A stretch of 64,000 nt of DNA, taken from contig OX597829.1 of the NCBI GenBank assembly GCA_951406725.2, positions 32,798,001 to 32,862,000 on the forward strand, given 5' to 3'. Shown here one piece after another: positions 41,480-55,599 of the stretch. The position numbers and the translations under genes were made by a program. The stretch comes from Octopus vulgaris. Lineage: Eukaryota. The stretch's first letter is position 1, and the number at the start of each line of letters is the position of its first letter. A model generated the notes under the pieces. That model had not been told where the DNA came from, searched no databases, and was given only the letters and a program-made list of their open reading frames with translations.

Positions 41480-41830
41480 CATTTATTCAGTCCTTTATTG
41501 TGTTCTGTATGTCTGTCCGTCTGTATGTCGGTCTTTATGGTAGAAGAAGGCTTGCTCTTCCTTCCGTAGAAGAAAAAATTCAAATCAGACCATGTTAACA
41601 CCAAAAATAATTTACATCAAAAAGGTGCTTTTTTTTCTACAAAAATCCTTATTTTTTACGATTTTTTGACTGCTGTGTCGCCATTTTTCTGTGTATTTCA
41701 ACCAGAAAATGTTCACTTAAAGAGAATAACAAGCTACATAATGCAAAATTTTTACTTTCCAAAAATTTTGAGGTAATGGAATTCTAAAGGGTCGAAACAA
41801 ACCCGAGCAACGCCGGGCGATACTGCTAGT
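41480..41830 (-). mobile_element. Non-autonomous Helitron/Helentron-like element
   Basis: Terminus TACTAGCAGTATCGCCCGGCGTTGCTCGGGTTTG (hairpin) shared with 53649 and 51095-51128. Confidence 0.65.
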
Positions 41831-42849
41831 ATATATATGTGTGTGTGTGTGTACACACATTTATATATGTATATGTATATATACAGATACATACATGGTT
41901 GCACCAACAGGGTTTCTCGCATTGTTTTGACGCGCCATTTTCCATCATTAATAAAAGTGTCGACATCTTTGACAACACGGGTATGCTAGCAGGTTTATAA
42001 GTCGTGCTTGTTGACTGGATTGTTGACTGGACTGTGTCGAGTTTATGTTATATGAACTGTGATGTTGTATCGCATAGCGGTTGTGCAGTGTGCACGGGAT
42101 GATGGATTTGAATTTGTAGAATATGTTGTGTGGAATGTGTTAAAGATTGGGCCGTGATTGTGTAGCGTACATGCTTAGAAAGTTGATGAGATCTGTTTAT
42201 GGTGGTGGGGGCGGTGTATTCTTTTTTTTTGTTTTGTTTTTTGCGTGTGTATGAACTGCAAATTTATAAGTCTTTGTATCGCTTTCAATGCTTTTGCTGG
42301 TGGCCGTTACTCGCCGTCCGAAACGCAATGAACCAGTGAATGGCACGTTCGAAATCTATAACCAGAAAACGTGATATGAAATCAAAGATACACTATTAGT
42401 AACATTATTTTTAGTGGTGCCATTTTTATTTCCATACCCAATACTGTTAATATCTATTTCAATATCCTTATAATTTGATAGTTTTTTTTTTTTTCACACG
42501 ATATTTTAGGCAGAAGTGATTTCTATCAGAGAACATATATTTTTCATTTCTGTCCTTCGTTAAGACATCTCGGTAGTTTGGATAGACATGTTTCAGATAA
42601 TCTCAGCCAAAGAATATTTGTCGAAAGGTCAGAATCTAGTATTATATGGTCAAATATTTCTTTGTACTAATTGTGAAGTTAATATTAGCCATTACTTTCG
42701 TTATTTTATCATGTGTGTGTGTTTGCGTGCGTGTGTGTGTGTGAGGGTGCTGTTGTTGTTCTTGTGTGTGTGTGTGTGTGCGTGCGTTTGTGAGCGTGCT
42801 GTTGCTGCTGTTGTTGTTATGTGTGTTTGTGTAAATGTATGTGTGTGTG

Positions 42850-42910
<61 letters not shown>

Positions 42911-43963
42911 TGTGTCTGTGCGCGTGTGCGCGTGCGTGTGTGTGTGTGTGTGTGAGTGTGTGTTGATCCTGAGTAGAAGTCAGACATTCTGCTTCTATAT
43001 GAAACTTTTTGAGCTATTGGTTTCCATACTAACTTACTTCCTTTCGAATCTTGCAAAAATAAGGGATAAGGAGAGGTTATTTTTCCTCTTCATTTTCTCT
43101 TTCATTCGATATATTTTAGAACTCCCTTTCGATTTACCTTTTTCCTCTTATTCTGCTGGCTTTGTTTTTTTATTTGTTGTTCTTTCAGTAGTTTTTACTT
43201 TTATGTAAACTTTCACTGCGCGATGTACAGTTATGCACATCTTATTATCTGCAGTATTTTGTTTGTATTTTCTATTGTACTAAAATACTTCCTGTAATAC
43301 GTGTACAGTCACTAGATGTGCTATTTTGGTATATTTGTAAATCTTGATGTTTTTGATGGTGTATTCTCTTGTTTTAGAGTTCGGTTTTGTTGTATTTTGT
43401 AATCTATTTGTTCCACAAATGTTAGGTCTATCTTCCTGATCTATGTTCTATTTTTTTTTATGTTTGGTAGGTGTTTTTTGTTAGTTTTCTTGAGTGTTTT
43501 TCTTGTATATTTTGAAGTACTTTTTTTTTATTTCAGTTTTTTGGGTGGTGGAGGTTGTTCTTGTTTTGCGTTTTTGCTTTGTTTTTCATTTGCTTGGTTG
43601 GTTTTTTTTTTTTTACTTTGAATATATATCATCTTAAATTAGCATGTCAGTTGGGTCTCAACAAAAGATTATTTTCTTTTCTAATAATATGTGAGAAAAT
43701 GTGAGTGGGGGTACAGTGTGACTTTAAAACAAGCAATTAGAAATATATTCCTTTCATGTTCACTATTGTAATTTGTGTTTCAGTTGCGTAACTTAAGGAG
43801 CAAAGTCCAGCCTTTTATTTAGATTGTTATAACTTTCATCGAGTTTATTAGTTCATGATGATGCCAAGTTTTTCCCGTCTAATTTTTGTACTTTTTAAGA
43901 ATTAGAATAAAGAACGCATTATCTGGTTAACTTTAGGCTTATAGATGAGGCATTATTTGTATT

Positions 43964-44496
43964 TGTAACGGGAATTAGTTACTTCTTGCACTTTTGGGGT
44001 GCAACTCGGGTGCATTCACAATTTCCGTTCCTTTAAATTTCCAGATTCTACCAGTCAAAGAACACAAACGCAACAGTAAAAATATATACTCTTTATTTTT
44101 CTTATAACAGTAAGAAATAAGGTGGTATATTTGGTTCCACTTTTTATGGATGTGGCAAGGCTAAAACTTTAACGCTTGTAAGAATCTTACAAGTTCAGCA
44201 GCAACAGAGCTGGTCAAATATGGCGTCCTTAGAGAGCGGAGAAAATACACGTCTGCTACAATTTGGTGTGGGCAGCCTTCTCGTTACTACTGTCCGTGTC
44301 TCCGGTATCCTTTGGTTAAGGTTTTACCTTCCCACGCCTCCTGTCAGCTAAATGCCACATCATCATTTCCCTCTTCCGGTCTTCGCGCATGCGCGAGAGG
44401 GCACTTACCCTCTGCCTTTCCAGAAGGCTCCAACCCCGCACACGCGAACTGAAGATGACGTTGCGCGCGCGCGCACTGTTGGATAGCGTCACTATA
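43964..44496 (-). mobile_element. Probable solo LTR (~530 bp)
   Basis: Ends TGTAACG...CGTCACTATA, 4-bp flanking duplication TATT, minus-strand AATAAA at ~44092, GC/CpG-rich U3-like part. Confidence 0.6.
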
Positions 44497-44639
44497 TATT
44501 GTTATTTTTTCTTAGATGTGATAGAATCAGTTTGGTACTGATATGAATTATACTCAGCTCATATACAAGTTTGGAATTTCTCAGTATGCTTATTAGAGGA
44601 ATGAACACATTGACGAAAAGTAGTGAGGAGATCGATTCT

Positions 44640-45560
44640 CCCTTTAAAATATCCCCCTTCGTATTTTCATACTTCCTAATGATTCACTTCCGCATTTTAG
44701 TTCTACTTCCCACGATCTCATTGCTTTCTCTATAAAAAAAAGAGAAGAAAATGTTAATCTTCTCATTGACTCCGAGTCTCTTCAGGCATAAATTATCGAA
44801 TGCTTTCTTGTAGTCTATCCAATCAACAGCTAACACTTTTCCGTTTCAACTTTTTTCGACCAACAGTTTCGACTTTTTTCTGTAGGCCTTTCACACATCA
44901 AAATCATTCGCTTTCCCGACTTCCGATTTTAGCTTTGCTCTATCACATAACTTCAATGATTGCAATCTTTTCTTCAAGAAGCATTACTTCCAGAATTCTG
45001 CCGCGAGGAGGAGCTAGTTCTGGGATAATGCCTTCTGGTGACACTCCAGTTTGGGGTACACTAAAATCTTCTACAGCGGATATTTTTACTCTGTCCGTCT
45101 CCAAGCACTGTATATTCTCTTGTTCACAGGGTATTCCTTCTGGAACTGTTGTCCCCTGCAGTTACTTTCGCTCCGCCATTGTAATTTCCTCTCGTTCCAT
45201 CTTTTCTATCCTCTTCCTGATCTTAATTTGTCTGATCCGATCAGCCTGTATTATTCCACTCACATCTTTCAGGTAATATTTTTTTTTTCCGAAACTCTAG
45301 TAACTTTTTCTTGTAGCTTCGATTTTCTGGCTCTTTCCTAATATAACATTCAATGAACAATTTTTTGTACTCTTTTGCCCATATTAAACTCCTTTGTAGT
45401 TGTGGGTCAGCAGTAGCTTCATTACGACCGGCTGCGCTGCCGGACGCGACACCTTCGCTAAAACATCCAGTCTCGTAGACGTTCTTAGGATTACATTTCA
45501 TTTTAGACATTTCTCTCATGAATGGGGTGTATGTTTTAAGGTTCCACCACCTGGTAGTTA
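44640..45560 (-). mobile_element. Dong/R4-like 5' ORF fragment
   Basis: ORF 45241-45519 WAKEYKKLFIECYIRKEPENRSYKKKLLEF resembles the N-terminus of R4/Dong ORFs; adjacent to a trinucleotide array. Confidence 0.6.
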
Positions 45561-45584
45561 TATCAGGTCACCATCATAAAAAAA

Positions 45585-45670
45585 GGAGGTGGAGGAGGAG
45601 GAGGAGGAGGAGGAAGAAGAAGAAGAAGAAGAAGAAGAAGAAGAAGAAGAAGAAGAAGAAGAAGAAGAAG

Positions 45671-45704
<34 letters not shown>

Positions 45705-45732
45705 GCAGCAGCAGCAGCAACAGTAACAACAA
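45585..45732. repeat. Compound (GGA)(AGA)(AAC)(AGC) microsatellite
   Basis: Direct reading. Confidence 0.95.
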
Positions 45733-46419
45733 ATAGCTTCGAGTTAAATAACAATGCGGGCGTACACCAAAAATTTCTCTCCACAGAACGAATTTAATCC
45801 AACAAAATCGATGAAATGGAAAGAAAGCTTGGCAATAAATCTGAGAGAAATGTTCTTTTAAAGCAAGTGAACTATAAAAAAATTACTGTTAGATGAAACA
45901 CTGTTTCTTCTATGCATATTTCGGAGCAACACGTGCTAAAAAAAAAAAAACGAAATCAACATGAAGAACCTCGGGATAAATTTGTTATATACACAGTAAG
46001 AACGTTAATTAATTAGTTACGTACTAGCAGTACCCGTAAAAATTCCACCGTAAATACCAATTTTGTTTGGCTGGTTGGAAGTTTATATAGGACCATAAAA
46101 ATAGCGTTTCTTTTGAAATTATAAAGTCTGCATGAGTTTAATTTAAAAATACTCTTCAGTTCTTCTGGATAAGGCTGTAATTGAGGGAGCATGACTTACC
46201 CAATCTCTCTAAGAGCTTCACAATGATTACAGAGAATATTCATGTCACAAACGTTGTAACTTTCAATTATATGTTTACAGTTTTTTTACGTTCTCTGTAT
46301 GGAAAACAGTTAATTATCGCCTCTTCACTCGTGCAACAATCAAACAATTCAGTGATAGCATCATAAAGGAATCTAGGCTCGACAAATGCACCAAGGTTAC
46401 ATATACCAATAAAACACTA

Positions 46420-47190
46420 TCAATTACATGCAGCATTACCCTATTTAGAGACACTGAATTTTTTTTTTTTTAAATTAGAGCTTCAGAGCAGTTATAAGTA
46501 TATCGGAGTATGTAAAAGACGTGAGATTAAACACTTACTAATGAGAGAAAAGCTAAGGAAGGGGTGCAACTGAAGAGTAAGATCCATTCTGAAAACTGAG
46601 CTGACTGTCAGAAACAAAATTAAGGCCATAAGCACATTGAATATGCCTGTAATCATAGACAGCTTCAATATTATATACTGGTCCTTCTCTGAGATAAAAA
46701 AAAAAGTTGATTTAAAAATACAAAAATTCATGACAATGCATTACATACATAACCCAAAAGCAGATACAGACTGAATATAACTCTTGAGTAAAGAAGGCAG
46801 TCAGAGGTTTATACAATCTGACTCATTGAAAATTGCAACCGTAGGACTTTCTGCCTACCTACAACAAGCAAAAATCCAGATGTTAAAGCTGGTTCTGAAA
46901 CATGATGATACCAGAAGGTTACACTCGTGACGAAAATCATAAAAATATGCCTCCAAGAAATGCAACTAGACGAACCAGTACCCAAAGAAAATGTATCCCC
47001 AACAGACAAGGCGAAACAAATGAAACCCATAGCCAAACAAAACAGCGTCTAATATATTAGGGAGAAACGGAAGCAAAAGCCATTGCATGGCAAATATACG
47101 AATAGAATCAGGGACCCTGATATAGATCAAGCCCTTACTCATCAATGGCTATCATGCTCCGTTCTCAAACCAAAAACTGATAGAGTTTTT
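46420..47190 (+). mobile_element. Dong/R4-like RT C-terminal fragment
   Basis: YKYIG, ILKTELTVRNKIKAISTLNMPVI.SFNII.W, HNPKADTD, KPLHGKY, HQWLSCSVLKPKT motifs. Confidence 0.8.
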
Positions 47191-47954
47191 ATTTTTAGAT
47201 TGTCAAGTTCACTGTCTGAGTTTCCATGCTGATGTAATTGAAACAGTGTTTCGTTTACATCAGCATCTGGGGCAATTTCATCGAATGCTTCGCTTTGGAT
47301 ATTTGACTTGCCAAGTCCTACTTTCACGGTGGAGTGATGTTTTATATCATTATTTGCATTCTTATTTGTATGACTATAAGTCTGAACACATAATTGAATC
47401 TGTTGGATATCCAGGTCATTCAACAGCCTTTTCTTTATGATGTCCCTGAGAACATTAGATAATTTATAACCATGTTTGGACTGTTGGTAGGGTTTTTCTT
47501 ACCTCATTTTAAGTATGTTTGTTTCATATTTCATCTTCCTGTAGGAAAGTACATTGCAGTATAATAGGCTTCTTGACTGTCCTTTTTTTTTCTCAAGTCC
47601 ATTTCTACCCCAGATTGGTTTGACTCCGAGAGACCCGATCCATTTTCCTTCCGGGTGTCAATTGATCCGATATTCATTTTCATAATCAGGTATTTTCGAC
47701 ACACTTATATATTGTCTCTATCACCAAGGGGATGCTTTTACAGTAATCTTAATATGTGAGGTAATGAGAGGCAGAGAATCATGGCTTACCTTTCACTTTA
47801 TCTCAGATTACTATCATTGTTTTTATATCCTTTTAATACATCATAATATTTCATAGCATTGTGTGAGTTTCTAGCGTCAGATTTCATGATTTAGCTACTT
47901 AAAATGCTTTCTGCTTGATTTTTTATGATGCCGTTTGTACATAAAGTAAAAGGA

Positions 47955-48270
47955 GTAAAGACACCCATTGGCCATGGATGACCATGAGATTGCACATAGA
48001 AAGTTCCCCTTCGAGACACAAGTCCGGACAAGGTTGTTTATGGAAAACCAGTGGTCGCTTATCCATACCAGCCTCCCCTCTCCACGCCACCGATGTTATC
48101 CAAGGGATAGGCAAAGGCCGACACCGGTGGCGTTGCAACTTATTTCTACAACTGAGTGAGCGGGGGCAATGGGAAATAAAGTGTTTTGTTCAAGAACACA
48201 ATATACAACCCGGTCCGTGAATTGAACTCACGATCGTAAGCTCGACACTCTAACCACTAAGCTATACGCC
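47955..48270 (-). mobile_element. tRNA-headed SINE (family D)
   Basis: Minus-strand head GGCGTATAGCTTAGTGGTTAGAGTGTCG..GAGTTCAATTC..GTGTTCTTGAACAAAACAC. Confidence 0.75.
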
Positions 48271-48842
48271 ATTTGTACATATGCAGCTGTTTATTTATGT
48301 AGCAATGCCGTGCCTATTTTATTTATGCAAATGTAGGTGGGTGCTACAAATTGTGAGTCTTGTGTTAGCAAGATATTTGTGCGATACCGATATTAAATGT
48401 TAATAAGTACAATTCATCTGCACTATGTTATCTTCATGTTTCCAACAATTTTATGTTAATTTTTGTACTGCACCAGCAGGTACTTTTTTCTACATTTCTA
48501 AAGTGTTTCGTGATCTTGTTTCCAGATAACTTTTATGTTCATGTCCTAGACCCTCATCAATTCTCTTATCAAGTCCGGATATTTTCAAGTTCTCCTGTTT
48601 TTAATATTACTTCCACTCTGCTTTTCTATATGTTACAGCAGAATTTGTGATATAACATGCCTCTCCCATATTAGCATATATGATAAAGTAAAATGTAGCG
48701 TTTTACAACCGTTGCTTTTCTTTTCTTCCTCTATCATGGGTATATCTCGTTTCTGTGCCTCTGTTACGTAGCTAACTTGTACAAAGGCATTTATTTCGAC
48801 TAGATCTTACAATCTTCTATTTTGAAGTTTCTTTTATCTAAT

Positions 48843-49229
48843 ATCTTTTACTCGTTTCTGTCATTTGACAGCGGCCATGTTGGGGCACCGCCTTGTAAGG
48901 TTTTATTCGAACAAATCGACCCCAGGACTTTTTAAAGCCCACTACTTATTCTATCGATCTTTTGTGTTGAACGGTTAAGTTACGGGGACGGAATCACACC
49001 AACACTGGTTATCAAGCGGTGATGGGGGACAAACACAGACGCAAAGACACACACACACATACACACGATGGGTTTCTTTCAGTTTCTGTTTATCAAATCT
49101 ACTCACTAGGTTTTGGTCGGCTCAATGCAGTACTAAAAGACTCCTGCCCAAAGTATCATGTAGTGAGACTGAACTCGGAGCCATATGGCTGGAGAGCAAG
49201 CTTCTTACCACACAGCTCCGCCTGCGCCT
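48843..49229 (-). mobile_element. SINE family A
   Basis: Homology to 383-806. Confidence 0.82.
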
Positions 49230-49439
49230 AGGTATAGGAAAATTTACAATCTCATTCTTTGGTTTTTTTCCCTATCACGATTAATTATGCCGATATGTCA
49301 TCTTCAAATGATCAATTTCTGCAGAGAAATAGTATAGAATCGGTAACGATTGATCGTGTATCTGCACCTGCGTGCACAGGACAGGACCACATTGTTTTAT
49401 TTTATTTTATTTTATTTTGTGTAAATGTGGAAAGCCGGT

Positions 49440-51060
<1,621 letters not shown>

Positions 51061-51125
51061 ACTGTAATATATATACAAACAAACTATGCCATTTTAATCC
51101 CGAGCAATGCCGGGTATCTCTGCTA

Positions 51126-51208
<83 letters not shown>

Positions 51209-51862
51209 TATGTGTATGTTAGTATATATATGAGTGCGTGAGTGTGTTCACGCGCGTGTGTGTGTGTGTATGTTATATTATTATTATTTGCTTAGTTTTC
51301 GGTGCATTTGATTATCTGTCCGTAAAATTATCTCTCTTGCTTCAACGGGTACCATTACTACACTATACAACTGCTTAGTCCTCTGCGTGGAAAGAGAATT
51401 ATTCTCTCATCAAAACAAATTAACAATCTCTAGTGACCTCTCCTGGAAAACCTCATGTTTCATCGTAAATTTTTGTTAACCTCATACATCACTAAGACTG
51501 GGAATTCTATGCACGACCAATTGATAACCCGTCTTTGAGCACTTACACTTTACAAAATACAGATAAACCCAACTGCTACCTACACCAACCTACCTACTTA
51601 CCTACATACTATTGCCAGCACCTCCACCTCCAACTCTACCAAAACAAAAACAACAGCCACCACCATTATTGCCCTTACGTTCTTTGCTATTACCGTTGCT
51701 GCCGTTATGTAATTCTCTAATCTATAAATGTGGAACCTAACTGCCAAACACTGACCTTCTACAGCAGCCACTCTTCTACTGAGCCCCACCATCGCCATCA
51801 CTTTGAGTCCACGAACACATCGCCTTGCAAACAGCCATACGCACGCGCGCACACAAACATAT

Positions 51863-51931
<69 letters not shown>

Positions 51932-52146
51932 CACACACGTGAACACGAACACAGACACAACTCTATACCAGTAAATATAAAATCTGTTTATACAAGCACA
52001 ATTATTATCGCATGCATTTCTTCATGTATACATGCATATAGATATATATAAATATATATAAAAGACCATTATTATTTATAAAGATAACAACGTTAGGGGC
52101 CGCATGCATAAAATCCGTATAGGCAAAATTAATAAACATACATAAA

Positions 52147-52318
52147 ATATAGAAATATATTTATATATAATAAGTTACTAATAAGCACCTGCTTTGCTCA
52201 AAATAGGAGTCAAAACACTCCGAAGCCACAGAAGAATCGCTAAATTAATAGGAGACTCCTATTTTGAGCAAAGCAGGTGCTTATTAGTACCCTTTTATAT
52301 ATAAATATATTTCTATAT
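52147..52318. repeat. Inverted repeat, 36-bp perfect core, 42-bp spacer
   Basis: TACTAATAAGCACCTGCTTTGCTCAAAATAGGAGTC (52176-52211) vs its reverse complement 52254-52289. Confidence 0.9.
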
Positions 52319-52473
52319 ATCATATATATTTATAAATATATATACGCATAAATCTTTAAATTCTTTCAACTTCAAAGCTGCGGTCAGGTTGGGGCACCAC
52401 TGTCATACATACATACACACAAATATATACATACATAGATATATTGCGTGTACACACACACACACACACACAC

Positions 52474-52518
<45 letters not shown>

Positions 52519-52622
52519 CATTCCAAACATGTATATACCCAATAAATGCTGATATAAACATGTTTATATTACACAGAAGACACATATGCGCACAATGCTC
52601 ACACGCTGTCCCATATATACAG

Positions 52623-52664
<42 letters not shown>

Positions 52665-52696
52665 GGAGTAAACACATAAATGTGAAGCAAGGTGGA

Positions 52697-52776
52697 ACTT
52701 TATTTAAAGCAGCAGAAAATTCAACAAAACCTGTTACTCTGAGTTTTGTTGAATGTTCTGCTGCTTTAAATAAAGT
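52697..52776. repeat. 34-bp hairpin with 12-nt loop in PLE-like stub
   Basis: ACTTTATTTAAAGCAGCAGAAAATTCAACAAAAC / GTTTTGTTGAATGTTCTGCTGCTTTAAATAAAGT. Confidence 0.9.
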
Positions 52777-53254
52777 ATGTATATATATATATATATATAT
52801 ATATACACTGTATATATATATACACTGTATATTTTTTTATTCTTTTACTGGTTTCAACCAGAGGCTGAGGCCATGCTGCTACACCACCTCTTAGCGTTTT
52901 GTAGTCTATTTCGGCACTGTTTTTGGTGAAGAAGTGAGTTGGACGAAGCTTCTCTTCTTTTATCGGTTGGAAATACCGAAGAAAGATAATGTTGAACCGA
53001 TTAGGAAGATGTAATGCTATAATGAGACAATCAATACTCCGTCACAACAACTACAAAAGTAGCAGTACTAAACAGTAATGGGAAATAAACATTTACCATA
53101 AGCAAGAAATTTTTTCTCAGCGGCAAACTGAAGTGAAATTGCTTCTAGAACTTAAAATATGCCACAAAAATATTTGAGCTAAGTTTTTAGCTATATTTTA
53201 GTTATAATTGAGCTAAGTTTATGTATTACTCATAACTTCTTACAGCTACGATAC

Positions 53255-53335
<81 letters not shown>

Positions 53336-53359
53336 AGAAAGAGAGAGAGAGGGAGAGAG

Positions 53360-53575
53360 GGGACGCATGGCTTAATGGTGCGTTGTGTTCTTGAGCAAAA
53401 CACTTCATTTCACGTTGCTCTGCGATCACTTCGACACCTGACGCGTGGTACAGCATGCACCTGTTGAGGAAACGTCGATTTGATGGGGGGAGTGAGTTAA
53501 TGTACGACACATACATTTGATCACTTTAAACAAATCATTCCTGCAGATCGTTCGACAAAGGAGGGGAGAGTCCAT
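53360..53575 (+). mobile_element. SINE (family E), partial
   Basis: TTGTGTTCTTGAGCAAAACACTTCATTTCACGTTGCTCTGCGATCAC shared with 61740-61975. Confidence 0.7.
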
Positions 53576-53648
53576 TATATATATATATATAATTGAACGC
53601 CCCACCTTGAAATGAGCTCTTTGTGAATATTTATATATATATATATAT

Positions 53649-54038
53649 ACTAGCAGTATCGCCCGGCGTTGCTCGGGTTTGTAAGGGAAATAACTATACA
53701 GCATTTTTAGAGAGTTATAGCCAAAAAATAGCAAAAAAATGCATTAAAAATGGAAAAAACATGATGGTAATTTTTTTTAAAAATTGTTGACTCATCGTAG
53801 ACATTTTTAGAGAGTTACTTCCCTTTAAAAAAATATGCATGAAAATGGAAAAAAATGATGGTAAATTATTTTAAAAATCGTAGACTCATCGTAGACGCGC
53901 GCTAATACCCAGAAGGGCTCGATATGAATCACGACTATAAGATACCCGGTTTTTGGTTAAACTGCACCACAAAACGTGGGAGTAGTTAGGAATCTAAATC
54001 GGAGTAGACAGACACACAACTTCCCTTTTATATATAAA
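53649..54038 (+). mobile_element. Non-autonomous Helitron/Helentron-like element
   Basis: Starts ACTAGCAGTATCGCCCGGCGTTGCTCGGG; internal ~90-bp tandem duplication; ends GACAGACACAC..TTTTATATATA; TA flanks. Confidence 0.7.
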
Positions 54039-54040
54039 GC

Positions 54041-54071
<31 letters not shown>

Positions 54072-54515
54072 AAAGTTAAAACATAGTCTGGTTTTGACGA
54101 TTTTTATTATCGTATTTAAAAAAATTCTTTTTACAATGTTGAAGTGAATTAAACATTAAAAAGAAATATTTTGTAATGTTCATAAAGTACAATTGGCACT
54201 TTCATACGTTTGTAGTATTCATCGTATTTCAAAATGTATTAACTGACAGTGAGTTGAATGTTTGACAACTGTAGTAAAATGACTGACTTCTTCCTTTTTA
54301 TACCTTTTAGAAGGCTCCGACAATTTGAATTTTTTCGAATACGGTTTTGACCAATCAGCATGCCGCTTAAGCGTCACGGTTTGCCGGGCGCACCAATATT
54401 ACTGGCATAAATCCCGCCTTTATTATAACCAATTAGCTTGCGGTTTACATGTAATGGTTCTATGAGTGCGTAAATTTTGTTTGTTTCGATCGTTTTTATT
54501 TCAGTCAGAGGTGGG

Positions 54516-55510
54516 GGATCTTTTCCTTTTGATCAGCAGGTCGATAAATTAATCTTTTTTAACTAAACACTTTCAAACTTCTCACACTGGTAGAATGTGT
54601 CATATAGAACATCTTTTACTCTTGGCGTTGTTGAGAAAGTTGCTATTTACGAAGTTATTTCGTGTTAAAGTTGTCGTATTTCGGTAATTTCAACCAATCA
54701 ATGACGTGCATTCAGCTGAATAAAATTACTGCCGTTGTTTGTCAACAACTATCTGCGGTGTATATTTCGTTTGTTACTGTTGTTTGTAATATCGTTCGTG
54801 CGTTTGTCCTGTTTTTAGCTTTAGGGTTAGGGTTTTAGGATTAGGGTTAGGGTTTTGGAGTTATGGTTAGGGTTTTAGAGTTAGGGTTAGGGTTGGGGGT
54901 TTATAGTTAGGGTTACGGGAAAAAGTGAAAAATGAAGAAATTAGAGGGGAGGGTAAGGGGGGGGGGGGGGCAAAAAATTTCAAAATTCCGATTTTGAGCA
55001 ATTTTCCGGAATCTCCGTATCCGAAAAGCTAGGTTTTTGGCAAAAAAAATTTTTTAACAATAATTTGCGAGAAAAGGGGGTAGCGGGAGGAAGTCTTTCC
55101 GAAAATAGTAGCTGAAAAACAGGAAAAAAAAAACTAAAAGCAGTAGAAATGCACGAAAGATTATGATGGTGCCATGAAGTAAACATGCTTCAGATACACT
55201 CGTTTATTCATATAAACATAACTGAGATGAAATATGTCATAAATAACAGTGACAAACGAAATATACACCACCAGAAGTTGTTGACAAACAACAGCAGTTA
55301 ATTTTATTCAGCTCAATAGACGTCATTGATTGATTGAAATTACCGAAATACAACTTTAATACGAAATAACTTCGAAAATACAAGCTTTTCTCTAGAACAC
55401 TAAGAGTAAAAGATGTTCTATATGACACGCTCTACCAGTGTCCGAAGTTTGAAAGTGTTTAGTTTTAAAAAAATTAATTTATCGACCGGCCGATCAAAAG
55501 GAAAAGATCC
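54516..55510. mobile_element. Fold-back DNA element with ~275-bp TIRs and internal telomere-like (TTAGGG) array
   Basis: GGATCTTTTCCTTTTGATC... at 54516 vs ...GATCAAAAGGAAAAGATCC at 55510; TTAGGG variants 54820-54916. Confidence 0.88.
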
Positions 55511-55599
55511 AGTAGGAGTCTTCTGTAATTTTTTCATATTCGTATATTAAAAAATATGTTTTAATCCACATCACTAACTGGTTATATTATTGTTGTTAT

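Noticed and set aside
45520-45580. HDV-like ribozyme at the 5' end of the Dong fragment
   Set aside because: Only a simple hairpin (ACCTG/CAGGT); the nested double pseudoknot could not be built
54820-54916. True telomere or chromosome fusion site
   Set aside because: Short, degenerate, single-orientation array lying between the TIRs of a mobile element
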